Virus record (IMG/VR): IMGVR_UViG_2852501635_000002 | Location: 9,493-73,492 of that record | From: a virus | Lineage: Duplodnaviria > Caudoviricetes | DNA: 64,000 bases | Reading direction: 5' to 3' (one strand) | Shown: positions 18,863 to 29,664 of the stretch, piece after piece | Numbering within the stretch: the first letter of the stretch is position 1 | Layout: each line of letters starts with the position of its first letter | Position numbers and translations under genes: made by a program | Notes under the pieces: generated by a model | Told to the model about the DNA's origin: nothing | Database searches by the model: none | Seen by the model: only the letters and a program-made list of their open reading frames with translations

Positions 18863-19742
18863 TCCAACATCAGTCGATAAACTAGAACGTGGCGCAATGA
18901 GAGAGTTTGCGAAACGCATTAGAAGAATATCAAAAGGCTATATTCAACTTCTTAATAGAATCCCCTCTGAGCCAGTCGTCAATAGAAAATACCAATTCGA
19001 TTTAGATCCTAACTATCTATCAATACTGTTGAGAGATGGTGAACTAATGGTTGATGAGGTGCTTTTGAATGGTGGCGAGTTTGGTAACTTTCTTTTCCTT
19101 GAGTATGTGAGCACAGCATACGAAAGAGGAACAGCACAGCAGTATGCAAACTTAGCACAGCAATCAACTGTCTACGCAGCAACTCAACAAAGTATTGCAA
19201 CGATACTGATGAGTGAGCCATATCAACTAAGAATGGCTCTAGTTCGCTCTCGTGTGTTCGAGGAAATGAAAGGGTTGTCTGGTCAGGTTAAAGCTGACAT
19301 GGCTCGCATTCTTACGGATGGTATCGCGAGAGGTTTAAACCCTCGTGAAGTAGCGAGAAACCTAACCAATCAAGCTGGCATTGAAACTCGCCGAGCTAAG
19401 CGGATAGCAAGGACAGAGATACCAAGCGCATTGCGTAGGGCACGATTAGATGAAGCTGACGAAGCCAAGGAAATGCTTAACCTTGAAACTCGTGAGATTC
19501 ATGTTTCAGCACTAAGCCCAACAACAAGAGCTAATCATGCAGCTAGACACGGGAAGATGTTTACGTCTGATGAACAACGTGATTGGTGGGCTCGTGACGC
19601 TAATTCAATTAACTGTAAATGCTCAACTGTAACCGTTCTTGTTGATAAAGACGGCAAGCCTTACAACAAGACTCTCATCAATAAACTATTAGAGGAAAAA
19701 GAAGCCATGAAAGAACGTGGTTATCAATGGGCGGAGGAATAA
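18813..19742 (+). CDS. Head morphogenesis protein (SPP1 gp7-like)
   Basis: RAKRIARTE, TTRANHAARHG, NCKCS. Confidence 0.88.
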   Translation: MKIQKIRTAIRPGTKADPTSVDKLERGAMREFAKRIRRISKGYIQLLNRIPSEPVVNRKYQFDLDPNYLSILLRDGELMVDEVLLNGGEFGNFLFLEYVSTAYERGTAQQYANLAQQSTVYAATQQSIATILMSEPYQLRMALVRSRVFEEMKGLSGQVKADMARILTDGIARGLNPREVARNLTNQAGIETRRAKRIARTEIPSALRRARLDEADEAKEMLNLETREIHVSALSPTTRANHAARHGKMFTSDEQRDWWARDANSINCKCSTVTVLVDKDGKPYNKTLINKLLEEKEAMKERGYQWAEE

Positions 19743-19745
19743 CTG

Positions 19746-21020
19746 ATGCCAATTCAAGTAAATGTCACGACAAAAGTTAATAGCGCCTCTATTCGGCGTG
19801 AAACATACAACGGTCGTGAACACATTATTATCCCAAGTTATACGCTTCCAGCAAACGTCATTATGAATGGTGGATTATATCCAGCAAGTGAGATTGACGC
19901 CCATTACCGAGAGTTAGAAGGCACTCCTGCGCCATTAGGCCACCCTACGCTTGATGGTCAGTTTGTATCAGCGCTTTCTTTCGAAGGTCTTAATGTTGGG
20001 TATATCGGCGCAGCAAACAGAAATGTTTCCAAGGTTGGTAATCGCATCTATTTAGAAAAGTGGATAGATGTAGATAAGGCTAAAGAGTCAGAAGGCGGCA
20101 AAGAAGTTCTTCAGCGCGTAGAAGCGATTGAAAACGGTGAAAGCTCAGAGCCAATTCATACGAGCGTCGCAGTCTTTCTTGAGCAGATTGAAGCAAGCGA
20201 AGAGCAGAAAGCGCAGGGTTATAACTGGATTGCAAAGATACACAGCATGGATCATGACGCAATTCTGCTCTATGAATCAGGAGCAGCAACACCAGATCAA
20301 GGTGTTGGAATGATGGTTAATGCTGACCAAGCCACAGAGGTTAAAACCAACAGTGGCGCTCTAGTTGGTGAAACTTATCGTGAAAAATCACATCGCCTTG
20401 AAATGGCCGCAAAGAAACAGTTCGTTGCTGGTGATGGTTACGTGTGGGTATCGGACTTCACAGACACTCATGCAGTAATCGTTATCGATGGAGGTAATGC
20501 AAAACTACATTCCTACACAAATGAAAATGGCAACATCACCTTTGATGCGCAAGGCGAAGAAGTTGAGCGTCAAGAGTCATGGGTGAAGGTTATAACAAAC
20601 AAACTTAAATCAGCTTTCAGTAAACCGCAGGCAAGCCCTGCAATCAATAACAGCACGGAGGGCGACATGCCTTTAACTCAAGAAGAAAAAACAGAGCTTT
20701 ATTCAGAAATCGGCAATCAAATTGCTGCGAATGTAACAAAAGCATTGGAAGGTATCACGTCAAAAATTGATACGTTACAAGCCAATCAAGATCAGTTAAA
20801 AGAAACTTTAACCGCAAATCAACGCGCAGAAGAAACCGAAATGCGCAAAGTAATTGCCGAAAAATACGGTGAAGTGGTGGCTAACTCACTGCAAGGTCAA
20901 GCACTGATCGACATGCATAAACAAATTGGTGACGCAGCAAGTTTGGCCGGCAACTCAGGCGCACAGCAAGAGCAAACTGGCGCACCAGACTATGCGGAAT
21001 ACTTTGGAGGTGCTAAATAA
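19746..21020 (+). CDS. Prohead protease/scaffold
   Basis: APLGHP, DHDAIL, GAA motifs; coiled-coil C-terminus. Confidence 0.75.
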   Translation: MPIQVNVTTKVNSASIRRETYNGREHIIIPSYTLPANVIMNGGLYPASEIDAHYRELEGTPAPLGHPTLDGQFVSALSFEGLNVGYIGAANRNVSKVGNRIYLEKWIDVDKAKESEGGKEVLQRVEAIENGESSEPIHTSVAVFLEQIEASEEQKAQGYNWIAKIHSMDHDAILLYESGAATPDQGVGMMVNADQATEVKTNSGALVGETYREKSHRLEMAAKKQFVAGDGYVWVSDFTDTHAVIVIDGGNAKLHSYTNENGNITFDAQGEEVERQESWVKVITNKLKSAFSKPQASPAINNSTEGDMPLTQEEKTELYSEIGNQIAANVTKALEGITSKIDTLQANQDQLKETLTANQRAEETEMRKVIAEKYGEVVANSLQGQALIDMHKQIGDAASLAGNSGAQQEQTGAPDYAEYFGGAK

Positions 21021-21469
21021 TGGCTATTAGTCGCTATCGCCGTGTAAACCTTGACGGTAAATCAATCACAGAAACTCGCGCAGCAAAAGCGGTTACGTTG
21101 CCGGGCACTTTTGTTGTTATTAACGCAGACAATGAGTTTTCTCAAGCTACTGCATTATCCGGACGCATTTATGTAGCTAATCCAGCATATCACCAAGGGC
21201 TATCTATTCGTGATGGCGTTCCGGTTGGTGATTCTCTAGTTGGTGAGTATGTAGAAGAAGGTCGAGAGCTGGCTGTGTTGGTTCCTGCTGGAACTTATAA
21301 AAAAGACTCACCGATCAAGCTTGGTGCTGATGGTAAAGGCGCTCTTGCATCTGCTGATACAGAATCAGTAATTGGCTACTCTCAAGATGAAGTGACGCTA
21401 AAAGCTGATGATTTCATTCGTGTTCGCTTTCGTGTTGGCACTGTGGCTACTGCAACTACTGATCAATAA
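21020..21469 (+). CDS. Head decoration protein
   Basis: Size and position before capsid. Confidence 0.65.
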   Translation: MAISRYRRVNLDGKSITETRAAKAVTLPGTFVVINADNEFSQATALSGRIYVANPAYHQGLSIRDGVPVGDSLVGEYVEEGRELAVLVPAGTYKKDSPIKLGADGKGALASADTESVIGYSQDEVTLKADDFIRVRFRVGTVATATTDQ

Positions 21470-21481
21470 AAAGGAAAAAAC

Positions 21482-22576
21482 ATGTTTTATACTGCTGAAA
21501 CTTTAGCAACAAATAGCCGACTGCAACGTCAGTGGGATAGCCTATGGGCTACACGTAATATCTATAACACGCAACATAACCTGATGATAAACCAGTATCG
21601 GAATGTTATGGATGGTGAGACTTTAGCGGCAAACCAGTCAGGCGGTTTCTCTAAGGACTTTTGGAAAGAAGTAGATAACAATATTATTCAGTTGCGCGAC
21701 CAAGAAACAGGCATGGAAATCGTCAATGATTTAATGGGCCTGCAAACAGTGTTACCAATTGGCAAAACAGCGAAACTGTATAACGTGGTTGGCGATATTG
21801 CTGATGACGTATCAATCAGCATCGATGGTCAAGCACCATACTCTCATGATCACACCGATTATGATTCTGATGGTGACCCAATCCCAGTATTTACCGCTGG
21901 CTTTGGTGTTAACTGGCGTCATGCGGCGGGTTTAAGCACAGTTGGCATTGATCTTGTTCTTGATTCTCAAACTGCAAAAATGCGTCAATTCAATAAGAAA
22001 GTAGTTAACTACTTCTTAAATGGTGATGCATCTATTAGTGTTGAGGGATACAAAGGCCAAGGCCTGAAAAATCACCGCAACACAGCGAAAATCGACTTAG
22101 GAGCTTCTGGTGCTAATATCGATTTAACCACAGCTGACTTGCCTGCATTGTTAGCGTTCTTTGGTTTTGGTGGTGCGTTCGGTCAGACTGCATTCAACAA
22201 CAAAGTGGACGCTTACGATGTTATGTGGGTGAGTTACGAAACATGGGGTAACTTAATCAAGCCTGTGGTTGTTTCTGTTGGTGCTGGTGCAGGTAACAGC
22301 GTGGTAAATGGTCGCATTATCGATACATTACTACCGTATGCTGGCGTGAAAGAAATTCGCCCTACTTATGCGCTTAAAGGCTCTGAGTTTATCGCTTATC
22401 AACGTCGTAAAGATGTAGTGACTCCGTTAGTTGGTATGGCAACAGGTGTTGTTCCTAAACCTCGCTTTATGCCACAGGAAAACTACAACTTCCAAATCAT
22501 GAGCGCAGCAGGTCTGCAAATTACTCGTGACGGTGACGGCAAGTCTGGTGTGGTTTACGGTGCTAAACTGAGCTAA
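21482..22576 (+). CDS. Major capsid protein
   Basis: 364 aa, position, GLKNH motif. Confidence 0.85.
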   Translation: MFYTAETLATNSRLQRQWDSLWATRNIYNTQHNLMINQYRNVMDGETLAANQSGGFSKDFWKEVDNNIIQLRDQETGMEIVNDLMGLQTVLPIGKTAKLYNVVGDIADDVSISIDGQAPYSHDHTDYDSDGDPIPVFTAGFGVNWRHAAGLSTVGIDLVLDSQTAKMRQFNKKVVNYFLNGDASISVEGYKGQGLKNHRNTAKIDLGASGANIDLTTADLPALLAFFGFGGAFGQTAFNNKVDAYDVMWVSYETWGNLIKPVVVSVGAGAGNSVVNGRIIDTLLPYAGVKEIRPTYALKGSEFIAYQRRKDVVTPLVGMATGVVPKPRFMPQENYNFQIMSAAGLQITRDGDGKSGVVYGAKLS

Positions 22577-22585
22577 GGATCTGCA

Positions 22586-22759
22586 ATGACAAAGTACGAG
22601 GTTATTATCCCTTGGCATGGTGTCGAAAAGGGTCAGGTGGTTGAGTTAGAAAATCTTCATCCAGCCTTTAAGGCTAATGTTAGAGCATTATCTAATGATG
22701 CCGCTGAGTTGGTCCCAGCCACACCAAAAGCCAAGTCTAAAAAAGACAAAGATGAATAG
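22586..22759 (+). CDS. Small virion-associated protein
   Basis: Hand translation MTKYEVIIPWHGVEKGQVVEL...; terminator follows. Confidence 0.7.
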   Translation: MTKYEVIIPWHGVEKGQVVELENLHPAFKANVRALSNDAAELVPATPKAKSKKDKDE

Positions 22760-22816
22760 CCGCGAAAGCGGTTTTTTTTATGCCCTCGAAAGGGGGCTTT
22801 GCTTTGTGAGGTAATC

Positions 22817-23215
22817 ATGATCACAAAAGAGCAAGCCAAAGAGTACCTGACAGGGCAGGGAATAGAATTACCTGATTTTATTCTCGATGCGCTTATTGAG
22901 CAGGTAGGCAGTATTCAAGAATGCCTTGATAAACACTATCCATCAGCAACTGCACTATTAATCCAGATGTATCTGCTTTCACTTATGGCGCTTGGTCAAG
23001 GTGATAAGTATATAAGCTCACAAACAGCACCTAACGGCGCTTCACGCTCATTTCGATATCAATCGTTTGGTGATAGATGGAAAGCGGCCGCATCCCTACT
23101 GCGTGGTTTAGATAAGCACGGTTGTGCTAATGATTTAATACCAGCCGATCCGACTCAAACTGCTCATGCTGGTTTGTGGATAGCGAAAGGTGGCTGTATG
23201 TGTAGGGGGGTGTAA
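22817..23215 (+). CDS. Head-tail adaptor
   Basis: Position; ISSQTAPNGASRSF. Confidence 0.7.
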   Translation: MITKEQAKEYLTGQGIELPDFILDALIEQVGSIQECLDKHYPSATALLIQMYLLSLMALGQGDKYISSQTAPNGASRSFRYQSFGDRWKAAASLLRGLDKHGCANDLIPADPTQTAHAGLWIAKGGCMCRGV

Positions 23216-23556
23216 TGAGTTCAGTTGCAAATTGGGCTTACACCTCGTGGGCTACTTTATGGGAAGCAAACGGAAAAGATAAATACGGCAAAGTTACATT
23301 CTCTGAGCCGGTTCATTTTCTTTGTGGTTATGGTAGCGAGCTTAAATCTGGAAAGTTGGATGTTGGCTCTGAAATTACCATTAAGTTGGTTTTCTGGACT
23401 GAGTATGCTGATGCTAAAAAAGGTGACTTTATCGCTATTGGTAAGCACTCAGGCGATCCGTTATCTGTCGGTGCTGATGAAATCAAATTCATCAAACGCG
23501 ATGAAGACCTATTTGAGCATATTGCAGATGACTACACTCTGATAACGGCGGTGTGA
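23215..23556 (+). CDS. Head closure protein
   Basis: Position in connector module. Confidence 0.65.
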   Translation: MSSVANWAYTSWATLWEANGKDKYGKVTFSEPVHFLCGYGSELKSGKLDVGSEITIKLVFWTEYADAKKGDFIAIGKHSGDPLSVGADEIKFIKRDEDLFEHIADDYTLITAV

Positions 23557-23557
23557 T

Positions 23558-23929
23558 ATGGGAGTAAAAGTAAGGGGTATTTCTCAAGCTAATGCAAACC
23601 TTAGAGCACTTGTTGGTGACATACAAGGTAAGAAAGTGATGAGAGCTATTCAGTCAGCTTTGTTGATTGGTAGTGAGCTATCATTCTTATACACGCCGAT
23701 TGGTGACACATCAACCCTGATAAACTCACAATTCAGAGAGGTCAAGATTAACGGAACATTAGTTACTGGCAGGGTTGGTTACTCCGCTAACTATGCAGTT
23801 TACGTTCATGATCCTAGAGTTAAGCAAAAATTCAGACGCTCAACGGCAAAGAAAGAGTTTCTAAAATTGTCCTTCGAGGAGGCGAGAGCTGATATAGACA
23901 GAGCACTTAAACGGGAGCTTCAAATATGA
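23558..23929 (+). CDS. HK97 gp10-like neck/tail-completion protein
   Basis: YTPIGDTSTLINSQ...VGYSANYAVYVHD. Confidence 0.8.
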   Translation: MGVKVRGISQANANLRALVGDIQGKKVMRAIQSALLIGSELSFLYTPIGDTSTLINSQFREVKINGTLVTGRVGYSANYAVYVHDPRVKQKFRRSTAKKEFLKLSFEEARADIDRALKRELQI

Positions 23930-24294
23930 TACACGAGAAGTTTGAGCGCTACTTAAACAGAGGTAATCTGCTCGATGGTTTCATCGTTCAATATCTGACG
24001 TGGAATGAGCAACCAGACGAAAAGACTCAGCAATATGCTGTTATTCAGCCTGATGATGGTAGCGGTCGATTTGCTGATTTGGGTGCTGATGATTTCGTGA
24101 CGCTTGTTCTAGTATCTGCACAGTGTGATCCCGAGCCTGCATTGATAAGAGCTAATGAAATTCTAAATTACGTCGCTAACAACTCGTTAGATTGCGAACT
24201 CAATTCAATCTACAACTTAGGCGGTCTACCAAGACCTATACCGACAGAAGAAGGGCGGTTTATCCTTAAGCTTTCTTTCCGCTGCACATCTTAA
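23926..24294 (+). CDS. Tail terminator protein
   Basis: Position before major tail protein. Confidence 0.7.
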   Translation: MIHEKFERYLNRGNLLDGFIVQYLTWNEQPDEKTQQYAVIQPDDGSGRFADLGADDFVTLVLVSAQCDPEPALIRANEILNYVANNSLDCELNSIYNLGGLPRPIPTEEGRFILKLSFRCTS

Positions 24295-24358
24295 ATTAAA
24301 CACATCTCAACAGGTCGCTTATGCGGCCTTTTTTATTTGTAAATAAAGAGGTTATAAC

Positions 24359-25114
24359 ATGTCACAATGTCCTGACAAAAAAGGGTTGGTGATGGGTAAT
24401 GCGGGAATTATCCGTATTGCAAAAGGCTGTCCTGACCAAGTACCAGCACAAGATCAATTCTTGCGCTTAGGTGCGCTAACAAGCAAGTCATTCGATTTCG
24501 GTATGGAGACAGTGACATCTAATGCTGATGACACCAAAGGCTTAACTGAGTCAATTGTTACTGGTGCTGACTTCACCATTAGTTTTGATGGTGAATTAAA
24601 GAAAGCTGGTGTAACCGGTTCTACTTCCGCGTTTGATATTGCCAAAGAAATCCTTGATGAAATCAAAGCAAGTCGCCAACCGTCATATTGGGTTCAACTT
24701 GATATGAAAGGCGATGGCTCTGATGTTGTTCAGGGTTATATGGCTTTCACATCTTGGTCAATGGAGTTTCCAACAAAAGAAATTTCCACTTATTCAGGTG
24801 AATTGAAAGTCTATGACTCAGACACCGTTGAATGGCTACAAGAAGAAATCGTTGTTGAAAGCGTTGCCGTTGAGCCATCCACCCTGTCTGTAAAAGTGGG
24901 TGAAACCAAGACATTTACTGTCAAATTTACCCCAACCGATGCGACGAACAAAAACTATACTGCTGTGAGCGATAAGCCGAACTTTGCAACAGTTACTCAG
25001 CTTGTGAATGTAGTCACCGTGCGTGGTGTTGCTGAAGGTACTGCAAATATCACTGTCACATCTGAAGATGGTAGTAAAACAGCAAAATGCGTGGTCACTG
25101 TTACCGCTGCTTAA
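24359..25114 (+). CDS. Major tail tube protein with C-terminal Ig-like domain
   Basis: LSVKVGETKTF...PTDATNK...AEGTANITVTSEDG Big_2 motif. Confidence 0.88.
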   Translation: MSQCPDKKGLVMGNAGIIRIAKGCPDQVPAQDQFLRLGALTSKSFDFGMETVTSNADDTKGLTESIVTGADFTISFDGELKKAGVTGSTSAFDIAKEILDEIKASRQPSYWVQLDMKGDGSDVVQGYMAFTSWSMEFPTKEISTYSGELKVYDSDTVEWLQEEIVVESVAVEPSTLSVKVGETKTFTVKFTPTDATNKNYTAVSDKPNFATVTQLVNVVTVRGVAEGTANITVTSEDGSKTAKCVVTVTAA

Positions 25115-25163
25115 TATTACAAAGGGTGCTTTCGAGTACCCTTGATAATATTCAGGAGGGATT

Positions 25164-25853
25164 ATGACGCCTATTTTAGAAATCGGTGAGATGGTTATCT
25201 CTACTGATAAAAATGATTACTTATTTAGACCATCGTTCATCAATATGACAAGAATCGGTGAGCCTAAACAGATTGTGAAAGCCTACGGTCAATTAAATGG
25301 CGCTGAGGTGCAAGAGTTAATTGCACGCGCCGTAATAAGCTACAGGGTTATTCCTGAGTGGTTAATAAAAGCCATTAGCAAGCCAACATATGGGCGTAAT
25401 ATCCTACAAACTGCAATGATAGTGATGCAGGCGTGTTGTGATGATGATTGTTCAGAAATTATTGGTGAATGGAGATCGGGTAAGCGAGGTATTGTCTATA
25501 AAAACGGTAAGATGCCAATCGCTGACATTATCGTCATTGCTCGAGAATTATTCACTCACGGAATTATCGGTAAAGCGAAGATCCGCAAACTTCAACGCAA
25601 TGAGGGCAAAAACGAATTCTCAGATGAGTTTATGGCAATTGACTACATTAGCTCAGCTCGTGCTCATTTTGGTATGAATCGTGATGAAGCCGAACAGTTA
25701 ACTATGACTGAATTTCAGATGATGCTCAAAGCTAAATATCCAGATGAGAAAGGATTTACTAAAGAAGAATATGACAACATCATGAAGCAAGATGATAAAC
25801 GCAATGATGAGCTGATCAGTGGTAAGCGTCGATTGGTGAGCAGGAAGAGATAA
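25164..25853 (+). CDS. Tail assembly chaperone-like protein
   Basis: Follows tube gene; AEQLTMTEF motif. Confidence 0.65.
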   Translation: MTPILEIGEMVISTDKNDYLFRPSFINMTRIGEPKQIVKAYGQLNGAEVQELIARAVISYRVIPEWLIKAISKPTYGRNILQTAMIVMQACCDDDCSEIIGEWRSGKRGIVYKNGKMPIADIIVIARELFTHGIIGKAKIRKLQRNEGKNEFSDEFMAIDYISSARAHFGMNRDEAEQLTMTEFQMMLKAKYPDEKGFTKEEYDNIMKQDDKRNDELISGKRRLVSRKR

Positions 25854-25933
25854 GTTCGTTTTTTGAAAGCGCCAATCCCAACCTTGTCCGAAGATAGCCG
25901 AACTGTAAATTTGAGTCGTTTTTAGGGTGGTGA

Positions 25934-25953
25934 TACTGTGTTTATATACAGTT
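25934..25953. promoter_or_regulatory. LexA (SOS) box
   Basis: TACTGTGTTTATATACAGTT = CTG-N10-CAG. Confidence 0.75.
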
Positions 25954-26103
25954 TAAGTCTCCTCTAAATAGAGATTTATCTCTTGTGATAGATAGTGATA
26001 CTCCTCTCGGAGGCACAAACTTTTATTGAAGTTAACTAAATGTTGTTTTACGATAGCCTCAGTTATTTTTATCAAATTGCGTAACTAGGCAGATAAATAA
26101 AGT

Positions 26104-26886
26104 ATGCAACCTATACACAAGTCTGAAGAATTACTTTCCAAAATGGCCTCGATGCTTCAGTCTGGACAGACAATCGATGATATGTCGCTAATGAGATACA
26201 TTAATGATATTAACAAGTATTTTTCTGGGCTTGAAAAGAATTACGCACTTGGTATTGCTTATGGACTAAATAAAAATATCCAAAAATCAATTTATTATTT
26301 TGAATTAGCTTTACAGGTTCCTAACGGTGATTATGCTCTTGGATATCTATCAATCATTTGCAATTTAGGATCGACAAGGCAGGCAAGAGAGCTATCTGCG
26401 AGACTTGCCACGGAATACGAATCAAAAATATTTGCTAAATTTGCATTCCAATATAGCTTGTTTTTTGCTGATTTAAAAATGATGGGTGTTTTCATGACAC
26501 AGTGGATAAAATTATCTCTAAATGAGGAGCGCATGAAATTACAGGAAGAGTTAAAAAAAGCTAGCTCAGCCCTGTCTAAATTTAGAGATATGGCTGGATT
26601 CTCTCAGCCAGAAACTGAGATGTTGTCAGGGATTATCATGGATCTAATAGATGACAATAACTATCAGGTGCTAAGTGTCGAGTACATTAGTGACAATAGA
26701 TTCGATGAGCCTATAAATTCATACATGGTAACAACAAACTGCTCAACGGCATCAACTTTAGCAGATATGAACATGGATTTAGCTTTTAAGTTCGCAGATC
26801 ATGAGGAATTTTTAGGTAAAAAGTTTAGCGTTTATATTAAAGGCTCTGATAGCGATGCAGGATCGGAGGCTTCGTCATGCCAATAA
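26104..26886 (+). CDS. Hypothetical helical (TPR-like) moron protein
   Basis: YALGIAYG...KSIYYFELAL; overlaps HEPN gene. Confidence 0.65.
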   Translation: MQPIHKSEELLSKMASMLQSGQTIDDMSLMRYINDINKYFSGLEKNYALGIAYGLNKNIQKSIYYFELALQVPNGDYALGYLSIICNLGSTRQARELSARLATEYESKIFAKFAFQYSLFFADLKMMGVFMTQWIKLSLNEERMKLQEELKKASSALSKFRDMAGFSQPETEMLSGIIMDLIDDNNYQVLSVEYISDNRFDEPINSYMVTTNCSTASTLADMNMDLAFKFADHEEFLGKKFSVYIKGSDSDAGSEASSCQ

Positions 26887-27284
26887 CATGCAGTGAGTTG
26901 CTGGATTTTGCTAGAGACTGTCTAGATAGGAACGATGAAGTAGGGTATAGAAACGCCATATCAAGAGCCTACTATGCCGCATATCATTGTGTTTATCCAG
27001 CACTTAGACATGGACCAAAAGATAATCATCAGGGATTAATAGATTATTTACTTGGTGACGGCTCAAAGGGTAGTGAAAAATACGATCCTAAAGCATTGAG
27101 AGCAATAGGATTTATGTTGCAAACACTGAAAGATAACAGGATCATAGCAGACTATAGGCTAGATAATAAGTTTGCTTCTGGTAAGAGAGATGCGGAAACT
27201 GCTATCCACCTCAGCTCTAATGTTCAAAATAAAATAATAGAAATTATAAGTAAAAAGCAAGCATCGATACCAAATTCCAACTAA
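26877..27284 (+). CDS. HEPN-domain protein
   Basis: RNAISRAYYAAYH...H...RIIADY. Confidence 0.8.
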   Translation: MPITCSELLDFARDCLDRNDEVGYRNAISRAYYAAYHCVYPALRHGPKDNHQGLIDYLLGDGSKGSEKYDPKALRAIGFMLQTLKDNRIIADYRLDNKFASGKRDAETAIHLSSNVQNKIIEIISKKQASIPNSN

Positions 27285-27400
27285 CCCACTCCGGTGGGTT
27301 TTTTATTGCCCAAATTTCACCACGCCTCTTAATTGAGGCTTTTTGCTTTTCTTTGCATCGCTGTCTATATAACATAAGTGCCCGTCCTTGGGCGTTATGT

Positions 27401-28219
27401 TTACTTGATTAATACAGGATGTTTTCCGTTTAAGCTTTCCTGTAACCGAATAAGAATTGAATATCCATCTTGGAGTCGGTCACGCAATCTGTAAGCAATT
27501 GGCGAATCGACACTGCATAATGCTGGATATAATTCAACTTTCCATGCGGTGTATATGGCTTCGTAATGTTTAGCTAGCGCATTTACGTGGTGAGCATCCA
27601 TATTACGATTAGCTCTCTCTTGAGTAACGTCTCGCGGGGTTTCTTTAGGAATGTATTCACCTTCCAAAGCATCAAGATAAGAGATTGCCAGCGGTATCTG
27701 CTCTGGTAACAGTTCATTGATATGTTCAACGCCGAACTCTTTGTGAATATGTTTCCATATATCGGGGTAAATATTACCAACGCCATGAGCAATTAAGCGC
27801 TCTGCTGTTTGGCGTAAAGGGATCAGTTCTTTGGCTGTTGATTGGCGAAAGTTGGTTTTTTGCTTAGCATCTTCTTTCTTAGTAAAGTAAAAATCCTCTA
27901 ACGCTTCGAACACATCCCATGCTTTGTCTGTATCTAACATTTTCGCATGACGAGCTGCGCCTCGCTCAGTCCAAAGTATAAGGCTTCTAACCTTGGTTGA
28001 TATTTGTAACTGACTCATTGTCAGTCGCAAATTATTAAGAGCATCACCGACAATCTTGAAGTAATGCTTGCCTTCGATAAAGCGTTTTTTATTACGTTTA
28101 AAATTTTGCTGAATATTATTAATTTCAGTTTCATAAACGTTAGCTAAGAGCTCGGTAGTAATTACGCGAAACCCGTTATGTTGAACAGGTGGTAAATTTT
28201 GAACAGTTAATGTGCTCAT
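27401..28219 (-). CDS. ORF6N-domain antirepressor-like protein
   Basis: RVITTELLA.VY, FIEGKHYF, LWTERGAARHAKMLDTDKAW. Confidence 0.9.
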   Translation of the reverse strand: MSTLTVQNLPPVQHNGFRVITTELLANVYETEINNIQQNFKRNKKRFIEGKHYFKIVGDALNNLRLTMSQLQISTKVRSLILWTERGAARHAKMLDTDKAWDVFEALEDFYFTKKEDAKQKTNFRQSTAKELIPLRQTAERLIAHGVGNIYPDIWKHIHKEFGVEHINELLPEQIPLAISYLDALEGEYIPKETPRDVTQERANRNMDAHHVNALAKHYEAIYTAWKVELYPALCSVDSPIAYRLRDRLQDGYSILIRLQESLNGKHPVLIK

Positions 28220-28971
28220 GCCGCTACCTCCGTGTTTAATAATTTAGCTAGTTTAGATAAACCTTTTGCTGTGACACGAACTTGTGATACTTGCTTATCT
28301 TCACCAGTAGAACTTTTAACAACGGTAACTTTGTGCTCAAGCAATCCTTGTTGGATTTTATCTTGATACGCAATCCAAGCTGTTCCAATACGGCGATAGA
28401 TCCATTTGCTATGACTCATTAAGTCAAACAGTGATTTAGGTTTAACTTGCAATTGCTTGGCTGCATCAGTAATACATAGAGAACCTTCTGCTTTAGCGAT
28501 ACGAGTTAAAGCGTCAACATCAGGCTTCATTTCTTCGACTTGGTGCTCAAGATGCATAACTTTTTCGGTGTAAGAAATTAAAGCATCACGTAAGAAAGCA
28601 GGGTCATTAAGCGCGACCATTGGATCAATAGATGGTTTAGCTTTGCCAGTTTCAAGGTCGTACCAGCGCTTAATTACTGCAGCACGGCGCTTTAAGTCGT
28701 AACCAGTGATAAGAACTTCAGTATGGTAACGGTCAAGGTTAAATTCTGAAACGTAACCACGAGAATCAATGGTTATAGAGATGCCGCTAGATAATGTAAC
28801 TTTATGATTTTTATAATGGTCGAAATCACGACCATCTTTTTTGATACCGTAAAGTTGCTCTGTCATATTCCAGATATCAACGTGAATATGTTTGACTTGC
28901 TTGTTTGTGAGCTCAGCAATCTCACGGCTAGACATGGTGACAACTTGGTTAGTAGTTGTTAAAGTATTCAT
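28216..28971 (-). CDS. Rha plus KilAC antirepressor
   Basis: TMSSREIAELT, LNDPAFLR, MKPDV, VRVTAKGL. Confidence 0.88.
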   Translation of the reverse strand: MNTLTTTNQVVTMSSREIAELTNKQVKHIHVDIWNMTEQLYGIKKDGRDFDHYKNHKVTLSSGISITIDSRGYVSEFNLDRYHTEVLITGYDLKRRAAVIKRWYDLETGKAKPSIDPMVALNDPAFLRDALISYTEKVMHLEHQVEEMKPDVDALTRIAKAEGSLCITDAAKQLQVKPKSLFDLMSHSKWIYRRIGTAWIAYQDKIQQGLLEHKVTVVKSSTGEDKQVSQVRVTAKGLSKLAKLLNTEVAA

Positions 28972-29044
28972 GACGTTATTTCCTATGTGTGGCGTGACGT
29001 TATCAGAAGCTCCGAAGGGTGCGACCGACGGGGCTTCATCTTTA

Positions 29045-29212
29045 TTAATTAATGCGTTCGTCATTTTTTAAACTCCAAACTAATCGCTGAAGAATTGCAG
29101 AGTTCAAGGATAATCCTTCTTCTCTGGCTTTTTTCTCTAAACTATCTTTGATTCTTTTAGGCATTCTTAAGTTATATCTCTCTGTTGCTCTTTGGGTGTA
29201 AAGTTCATCCAT
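29045..29212 (-). CDS. Arc-like ribbon-helix-helix repressor
   Basis: Hand translation ...RYNLRMPKRIKDSLEKKAREEGLSLNSAILQRL. Confidence 0.8.
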   Translation of the reverse strand: MDELYTQRATERYNLRMPKRIKDSLEKKAREEGLSLNSAILQRLVWSLKNDERIN

Positions 29213-29331
29213 TTTAGATCTCCTATTTAGTTTTGGGATTAAATTAATATCATGGGATTAATTTAACACCATTGCGCGTGGTGTCAAGTTAATCCTACAA
29301 TAGAATTCAATTTATTTTATTGGTGATTAAA

Positions 29332-29664
29332 ATGGCTAAATATCCAAGTCAATTACAAGACAAGTTCAATTTACGGCTACCTGATGGCATGAAGGATATT
29401 ATTGCTGAAAGAGCAAAAGCCAATGGACGCTCTATGAACTCTGAAATAATTCAAATGCTACAGGATGTTTTAGATAGCGATAGTAGAGGTGACGTTACTA
29501 CAGATGTGGCTGATAAAAACTATATTGAAGATGATTGGGTGGCAGGGATCAGGGCATATATGGAGTTTAAGAAAGGGGAAAAAGGGCAGACTTTACTAAC
29601 AATGGATCTTGATAAGATAAAAAAACTGAGTGATACGAGACAGAAAAAAGACAATAAAAAATAG
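29332..29664 (+). CDS. Arc/Mnt-family repressor (immI module)
   Basis: DKFNLRLPDGMKD.IAERAKANGRSMNSEI; divergent from arc-ant as in P22 immI. Confidence 0.88.
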   Translation: MAKYPSQLQDKFNLRLPDGMKDIIAERAKANGRSMNSEIIQMLQDVLDSDSRGDVTTDVADKNYIEDDWVAGIRAYMEFKKGEKGQTLLTMDLDKIKKLSDTRQKKDNKK

